A DNA stretch of 32,000 nt from an uncultured Methylococcaceae bacterium (lineage in GTDB: Bacteria > Pseudomonadota > Gammaproteobacteria > Methylococcales > Methylomonadaceae), in contig CAJAWH010000093.1 of NCBI GenBank assembly GCA_903945605.1, positions 7,186 to 39,185 on the forward strand. Direction: 5' to 3'. A program made the position numbers and the translations under genes. The notes beneath the pieces are model-generated. The model saw only the letters and a program-made list of their open reading frames with translations. It did not search any database and was not told the DNA's origin. Shown piece after piece: positions 27,386-32,000 of the stretch (positions within the stretch are counted from its first letter, which is position 1; every line of letters starts with the position of its first letter).

Positions 27386-27910
27386 TTATTTTTTCTTTTT
27401 GGGGGCCATGACCATGACCATTTGCCGCCCTTCCAATTTGGGGAATTGCTCAACAATGGCAATTTCTTCCAAATCTTTTTCGATACGTTTTAGCTGATCC
27501 ATGCCCAAGTCCTTATGGGCCATTTCCCGACCACGATAGCGCACGGTGATTTTGGTTTTGTCACCGTCATTAAGGAATTTGATAAGGCTTCTGAGCTTGA
27601 CCTGATAATCGCCTTCGTCGGTGCCCGGTCTGAACTTGATTTCCTTGACTTGGATTTGCTTCTGTTTCTTTTTGGCAATTTGCAGTTTCTTGTTCAATTC
27701 AAACTGGTATTTGCCATAATTCATCACCCGACAAACCGGAGGGTCTGCATTGGGCGATATTTCCACTAAATCCAAATCGGCAGCATAGGCAATTTGCTTG
27801 GCTTCGTCCAACGACATAATGCCTAATGATTCCCCTTCTGCGCCTGTTACCCTCACCCGTCTTGCCGTGATGGTGTCGTTCAGACGAACTTCATCTTTTT
27901 TTGCAGCGAT
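27386..27910 (-). CDS. infC: Translation initiation factor IF-3, probable non-AUG (ATC) start
   Basis: The track ORF starts at an internal GTG (27856). The same frame stays open up to the thrS TGA and encodes [33 protein letters not shown], the normal IF3 N-terminus. The only start-like codon after the TGA is ATC (27908-27910), 7 nt downstream of GGAGGA. Length 174 aa, typical for IF3. Confidence 0.8.
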   Translation of the reverse strand: MAAKKDEVRLNDTITARRVRVTGAEGESLGIMSLDEAKQIAYAADLDLVEISPNADPPVCRVMNYGKYQFELNKKLQIAKKKQKQIQVKEIKFRPGTDEGDYQVKLRSLIKFLNDGDKTKITVRYRGREMAHKDLGMDQLKRIEKDLEEIAIVEQFPKLEGRQMVMVMAPKKKK

Positions 27911-27913
27911 ATC

Positions 27914-29839
27914 TCAATCCTCCAATGCTTGTTGTTTTCTGTCTGCAATCTCTTGTTTTATCAGGTGGGTAAACTCAGTGATTGACAGGCTACCTAAATC
28001 TTGGCCTTTTTGGGTGCGCACGGTGATGCGTTGGCCTTCCAGTTCCTTATCGCCAACCAATAGCAGATAAGGTACACGCAACATAGAATGCTCGCGGATT
28101 TTAAACCCGATTTTTTCATTTCTCAAGTCGATTCTTGCCCTGATGCCAGCCACTTCCAGTTCGCGCAGAATGGTGCTGGCATAATCGGCATGGCGGTCGG
28201 CAATGGTCATGACCATAACTTGCACAGGTGCCAACCAAACAGGGAAAGTACCGGCAAATTGTTCGATCAATATCCCGATAAAGCGCTCCAACGAACCCAA
28301 GATGGCGCGGTGCAACATCACCGGCACTTGTTTGGAACCGTCTTCAGCAATATAAGTGGCGCCCAAGCGGCCTGGCATGGAAAAATCCACTTGGATAGTG
28401 CCACATTGCCAAACCCGTCCGATACAGTCTTTTAACGAAAATTCTATTTTGGGGCCATAAAACGCACCTTCGCCCGGTTGCAAGTCCCATTTCAGGCCTT
28501 TGGTGTCCAAGGCCAGTTGCAGTGCGCTTTCTGCCTTGTCCCAAACGGCATCATCACCAACGCGGTTTTCAGGCCGGGTGGACAGCTTGATGATAATGTC
28601 ATCAAAGCCAAAATCTTTGTAAACATCAAACAGCAAATCAATAAAAGTGGCCACTTCCTCTTGGATTTGCCCTTCGGTACAGAAAATATGGGCATCGTCT
28701 TGGACGAAATTTCTGACCCGCATCAGGCCATGCAACGTGCCGGATGGCTCATTGCGGTGGCAAGAACCAAATTCCGCCAAACGGATGGGCAAGTCGCGGT
28801 AACTTTTGATGCCTTGGTTATAAATTTGGATATGGCAGGGGCAGTTCATTGGCTTGATGGCATAATCCCGATTTTCCGAATGGGTCGTGAAAATCATGCT
28901 GCCGAACTTGTCCCAATGCCCTGATTTTTCCCATAACGAACGGTCAACCACTTGTGGGGTTTTAACCTCGCCGTAGCCATTAAGGCGCAATTTTTCGCGG
29001 ATGTACTGCTCCACTTGTTGGTAGATGACCCAACCTTTTTCGTGCCAGAACACCATGCCCGGCGCTTCTTCTTGGGTGTGGAACAAGTCCAAAGTTTTAG
29101 CCAATTTGCGGTGGTCGCGTTTTTCCGCTTCTTCCAAGCGGTGCAAATACTCCTGCAACTCTTTTTTGTCGCCCCAAGCCGTGCCATAAATGCGTTGCAA
29201 CATTTCGTTCTTGGCATCGCCACGCCAATAAGCCCCGGCTATTTTCATCAGCTTGAAGGCTTTTAGCTTACCGGTGCTGGGCACATGCGGGCCACGGCAC
29301 AGGTCGGTGAAACCGCCTTGTTCATATAAGGACAGGTCTTCATTGGCGGGGATGGAGGCAATAATTTCTGCCTTGTAATGTTCGCCCAAATCTTGGAAAA
29401 ACTTTACTGCGGCATCCCGAGACAGCAACGAACGCTTAATGGCAAGGTCTTCGTCCGCCAGCTGCTGCATTTTTTTTTCAATGACAGTCAGGTCATCAGG
29501 GGTGAACGGCCGATGGTAGGAGAAGTCATAAAAAAAGCCGTTGTCGATGACCGGGCCAATAGTGACTTGTGCGTCGGGGAACAGCTGCTTGACCGCTTGG
29601 GCCAAAAGATGGGCAGTGGAATGGCGGATAATATCCACACCTTCGGCATCTTTTGCGGTAATTACCTGTAGATGGGCATCGCCTTCAATGACGGTGCTGG
29701 CATCCACCACACGACCATCCACCTTACCTGCCAAGGTGGCTTTAGCCAAGCCTGTGCCAATGGATTGGGCAATTTCCATCACAGTGACAGCATGGGCGAA
29801 TTCGCGCTGCGAACCATCGGGCAGGGTAATTTGCGGCAT
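27914..29839 (-). CDS. thrS: Threonine--tRNA ligase
   Basis: 641 aa. [14 protein letters not shown] start plus TGS, editing and class II catalytic regions. thrS-infC-rpmI-rplT synteny. Confidence 0.95.
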   Translation of the reverse strand: MPQITLPDGSQREFAHAVTVMEIAQSIGTGLAKATLAGKVDGRVVDASTVIEGDAHLQVITAKDAEGVDIIRHSTAHLLAQAVKQLFPDAQVTIGPVIDNGFFYDFSYHRPFTPDDLTVIEKKMQQLADEDLAIKRSLLSRDAAVKFFQDLGEHYKAEIIASIPANEDLSLYEQGGFTDLCRGPHVPSTGKLKAFKLMKIAGAYWRGDAKNEMLQRIYGTAWGDKKELQEYLHRLEEAEKRDHRKLAKTLDLFHTQEEAPGMVFWHEKGWVIYQQVEQYIREKLRLNGYGEVKTPQVVDRSLWEKSGHWDKFGSMIFTTHSENRDYAIKPMNCPCHIQIYNQGIKSYRDLPIRLAEFGSCHRNEPSGTLHGLMRVRNFVQDDAHIFCTEGQIQEEVATFIDLLFDVYKDFGFDDIIIKLSTRPENRVGDDAVWDKAESALQLALDTKGLKWDLQPGEGAFYGPKIEFSLKDCIGRVWQCGTIQVDFSMPGRLGATYIAEDGSKQVPVMLHRAILGSLERFIGILIEQFAGTFPVWLAPVQVMVMTIADRHADYASTILRELEVAGIRARIDLRNEKIGFKIREHSMLRVPYLLLVGDKELEGQRITVRTQKGQDLGSLSITEFTHLIKQEIADRKQQALED

Positions 29840-29868
29840 GGGCTTTTAGTGTTCTTGGGTTAATAGAA

Positions 29869-29899
29869 TAAAAAAAGCACTGGCTAGCCAGTGCTTTTG
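29869..29899 (-). terminator. Rho-independent terminator downstream of tRNA-Val (palindromic, potentially bidirectional)
   Basis: 20-nt perfect palindrome agcactggctagccagtgct (29876-29895), flanked by A7 on the plus strand (T7 on the minus strand) and by TTTT. Confidence 0.55.
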
Positions 29900-29904
29900 A
29901 AATC

Positions 29905-29981
29905 TGGTAGGCACGATTGGACTCGAACCAACGACCCCCACCATGTCAAGGTGGTGCTCTAACCAACTGAGCTACGTGCCT
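29905..29981 (-). tRNA. tRNA-Val (anticodon GAC)
   Basis: The reverse complement AGGCACGTAGCTCAGTTGGTTAGAGCACCACCTTGACATGGTGGGGGTCGTTGGTTCGAGTCCAATCGTGCCTACCA has anticodon loop TTGACAT. The core is near-identical to E. coli tRNA-Val(GAC) as I remember it. Encoded CCA. Confidence 0.9.
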
Positions 29982-30056
29982 GCAAACTTGATCTACTATT
30001 ATAGCAATTGATTTGGTTTGTGCAATACCAATGATTATTTTTATCAGCAGTACAGG

Positions 30057-30398
30057 TCAGGGCCCCTTGGGGGTGATGCGGTTCAGATGCTTTTTAGTCC
30101 GCTCCATCAGCATCTTTTGGCGTTCAACCGCCCACATTTCCAGTCCCACGTACAGCGGGATTTGGTGCTTGCCAATCATATCGCACAAGCCTTGCCGGAT
30201 GGCGATCAGCCGAATGATGCCCTTATCTTTGGGGTGTTTGGCGAGCAGATCGGCAAATTCTTGTTGTTCGCTTGGGTTGAGGCAAAAATTCAGGGGACGG
30301 GTGATGGTTTGTGCAGGTGCGGGGAGGGATAGGCAGCACAAAAGCCATAGCGGCCCGATTAGTTTGTGTTTCATGCTTTGGAGGCTCTTATTTGTCAT
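30057..30398 (-). CDS. Small secreted/periplasmic hypothetical protein
   Basis: 113-aa ORF. The internal start MKHKLIGPLWLLCCLSLPAPAQT (ATG 30372-30374) gives a classic signal peptide with an APA-Q cleavage site. Start choice is uncertain. Confidence 0.5.
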   Translation of the reverse strand: MTNKSLQSMKHKLIGPLWLLCCLSLPAPAQTITRPLNFCLNPSEQQEFADLLAKHPKDKGIIRLIAIRQGLCDMIGKHQIPLYVGLEMWAVERQKMLMERTKKHLNRITPKGP

Positions 30399-30478
30399 GT
30401 ACAGGGAAGCACTATAAACTATATTGTTGCCGTTTATTGTAAATTGCAGCGGATAGCCTAATTTTAAAGAGAACCCTC

Positions 30479-30850
30479 ATGAAAACCCCAAGCCTGATCA
30501 CTTTAACCTTAATGTTGGCATCCAGCCAAGCATGGCCTTACGGCAGCGACAGCAGCAGCAAAGCCTGCGAAAAGCCCAAATTCAGCCATTTTGAACCGGC
30601 CAATAACAGCACCGTAGCCCCCCATGCCACTTTTAGTTTTATTGCCTCGCAACAAACCCTTCCGGATAGCTTACAGGTTACGGTTAAAGGGCAACCGGTG
30701 GAACTGACCATCACCGCTAAAAACCAAGTGTTTTATGTGCAAGGGCAACTGCCGGACAGCCTTAACAATGAATTTGTGCGCATCAATATAGCCGCAGACA
30801 GTACGCATAAATGTAGGGGAGCGGATGGCTGGTTATTGAAAATTGAGTAA
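30479..30850 (+). CDS. Secreted hypothetical protein
   Basis: 123 aa. Signal-peptide-like N-terminus MKTPSLITLTLMLASSQAWP. No recognisable domain. Confidence 0.55.
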   Translation: MKTPSLITLTLMLASSQAWPYGSDSSSKACEKPKFSHFEPANNSTVAPHATFSFIASQQTLPDSLQVTVKGQPVELTITAKNQVFYVQGQLPDSLNNEFVRINIAADSTHKCRGADGWLLKIE

Positions 30851-31025
30851 AACCAGGTGATCTGGATGGCGCATAGCGCAATCCAGGGCTGCGTGGCACA
30901 GTTACCCCGTATTACCCTACGGGCTACATAGCGACAATAAGCTTTAAAATATTAATGGAATAGGTTATAAAGATGCTGCCCGTTAGGGTAAACCCATTGT
31001 TTTTAAAAATTTTTTGAGGCCACTT

Positions 31026-32000
31026 ATGAAGCAAAACACCGCGCGACTAAACCCCATCACCCGCCTAGCCGCTACGCTGTTGCTGGTGGTTTTCAACCTG
31101 ACCGCCGCCGTGGCGGCAACACCCATCGGCACGCCGGTCTACCCGGCATTCAGCAAGCTGCAGACCGTCGAACTGGTCGGCGGCAGCCCCGGCAACGTCA
31201 GTTGGACAGCCCCTAAAGCTGGCACTTACCAACTGTGGGTACAAATACCCGCCAGCAGCAGCTCGACCAACGCTATCTATAATGTTTACCCCAAAGGCAA
31301 TGCCGTGGGCAACACCAGCTGCTCCAGCACCGACCCCACTTACCCTTGTTTTCAAGTGACCGTTGACCAAACCATGGCAACTAACGGTTGGGTACAGCTG
31401 ATGCTCAACAACCTGGCCAGCACCCGCTGGGTGTTCACTAAAACCGGCCTGGTCAGCACCAACGCCAGCGGCATCCCCAACAGCCAGCAACTGGGCGTCG
31501 GCGAAGTGGTTTTCGCAAGTTACACCGCTTCCAAATTGACCCTTGGCCAAAGCTACCAAGGCGGCAAAATTGCCTATATTGACAGCACGGGCAAACACGG
31601 CCTGATTGCTGCGCCGTACGACCAAACCGGAGCTTATCCGAATGACATCCAATGGTATAACGGCAGTTACATCACCACCGGCGCGATCGGCACCGCCATT
31701 GGCACGGGTCAGGCCAACACCACCGCCATTGTCACAGCCCAAGGGCCGGGCAGCTACGCCGCCAAGCTATGCGACGACCTGGTGCTAAACGGTTACAGCG
31801 ACTGGTATTTGCCGTCCAAGGATGAGCTGAACCAACTGTACCTCAACCAAGCCGTTGTGGGTGGTTTTGCTTATTACATTTACTGGAGTTCTAGTGAGGG
31901 CGACTACGGCAGCGCGTGGGGCCAGGCCTTTGGCTATGGCGGCCAGAACGGCATCAATAAGTTCAGCACGCTGGCAGTGCGCGCTGTTAGGGCTTTTTAA
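31026..32000 (+). CDS. Secreted DUF1566 (Lcl C-terminal domain)-like protein
   Basis: Track ORF starts at TTG 31014. The ATG at 31026 has GAGG upstream. Signal-like LAATLLLVVFNLTAAVAA. The C-terminal DWYLPSKDELNQLY...YWSSSE...AW...VRAVRAF pattern is typical of DUF1566. Confidence 0.7.
   Translation: MKQNTARLNPITRLAATLLLVVFNLTAAVAATPIGTPVYPAFSKLQTVELVGGSPGNVSWTAPKAGTYQLWVQIPASSSSTNAIYNVYPKGNAVGNTSCSSTDPTYPCFQVTVDQTMATNGWVQLMLNNLASTRWVFTKTGLVSTNASGIPNSQQLGVGEVVFASYTASKLTLGQSYQGGKIAYIDSTGKHGLIAAPYDQTGAYPNDIQWYNGSYITTGAIGTAIGTGQANTTAIVTAQGPGSYAAKLCDDLVLNGYSDWYLPSKDELNQLYLNQAVVGGFAYYIYWSSSEGDYGSAWGQAFGYGGQNGINKFSTLAVRAVRAF

Noticed and set aside
30862-30886. Imperfect hairpin ctggat-ggcgcatagcgca-atccag 12 nt after the 30479..30850 ORF, resembling REP/BIME-type palindromes
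   Set aside because: Copy number cannot be judged from one window, and there is no T-tract for a confident intrinsic terminator call. Noted only as a possible REP-like element or weak terminator.

Overview
32-kb gammaproteobacterial-type chromosomal segment with a sharp core/accessory boundary at a tRNA-Pro(GGG) gene. Core (22.5-32 kb): tRNA-Val(GAC), thrS-infC-rpmI-rplT-pheS-pheT-ihfA and tRNA-Pro, all on the minus strand, then three genes for small secreted proteins, the last DUF1566-like. Accessory part 1 (16.6-22.6 kb): a ~5.8-kb integrase/AlpA/primase-helicase mini-element. It is bounded by 104-bp direct repeats that duplicate the 3' 45 nt of tRNA-Pro, and it carries an iteron array and other repeat sets. 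Accessory part 2 (1-16.6 kb, beyond the displaced tRNA fragment): a decayed AT-rich gene, an unexplained GC-rich block, and a BREX type-1-like operon on the minus strand, brxR-brxA-brxB-brxC-[sbcD-like-sbcC-like]-pglX-[disrupted ABC-type ATPase]. pglZ and brxL are not in the window. Most notable observations: (1) an intact Mre11/Rad50-type nuclease pair tightly coupled inside the BREX operon; (2) a foreign ATPase gene coupled to pglX but killed by in-frame stops; (3) a compositional mosaic inside pglX, possibly a specificity-domain swap; (4) the satellite-like mini-element with candidate ori iterons and RNA-hairpin repeats. All calls rest on reading and translating the sequence and on remembered family motifs; no database search was possible.
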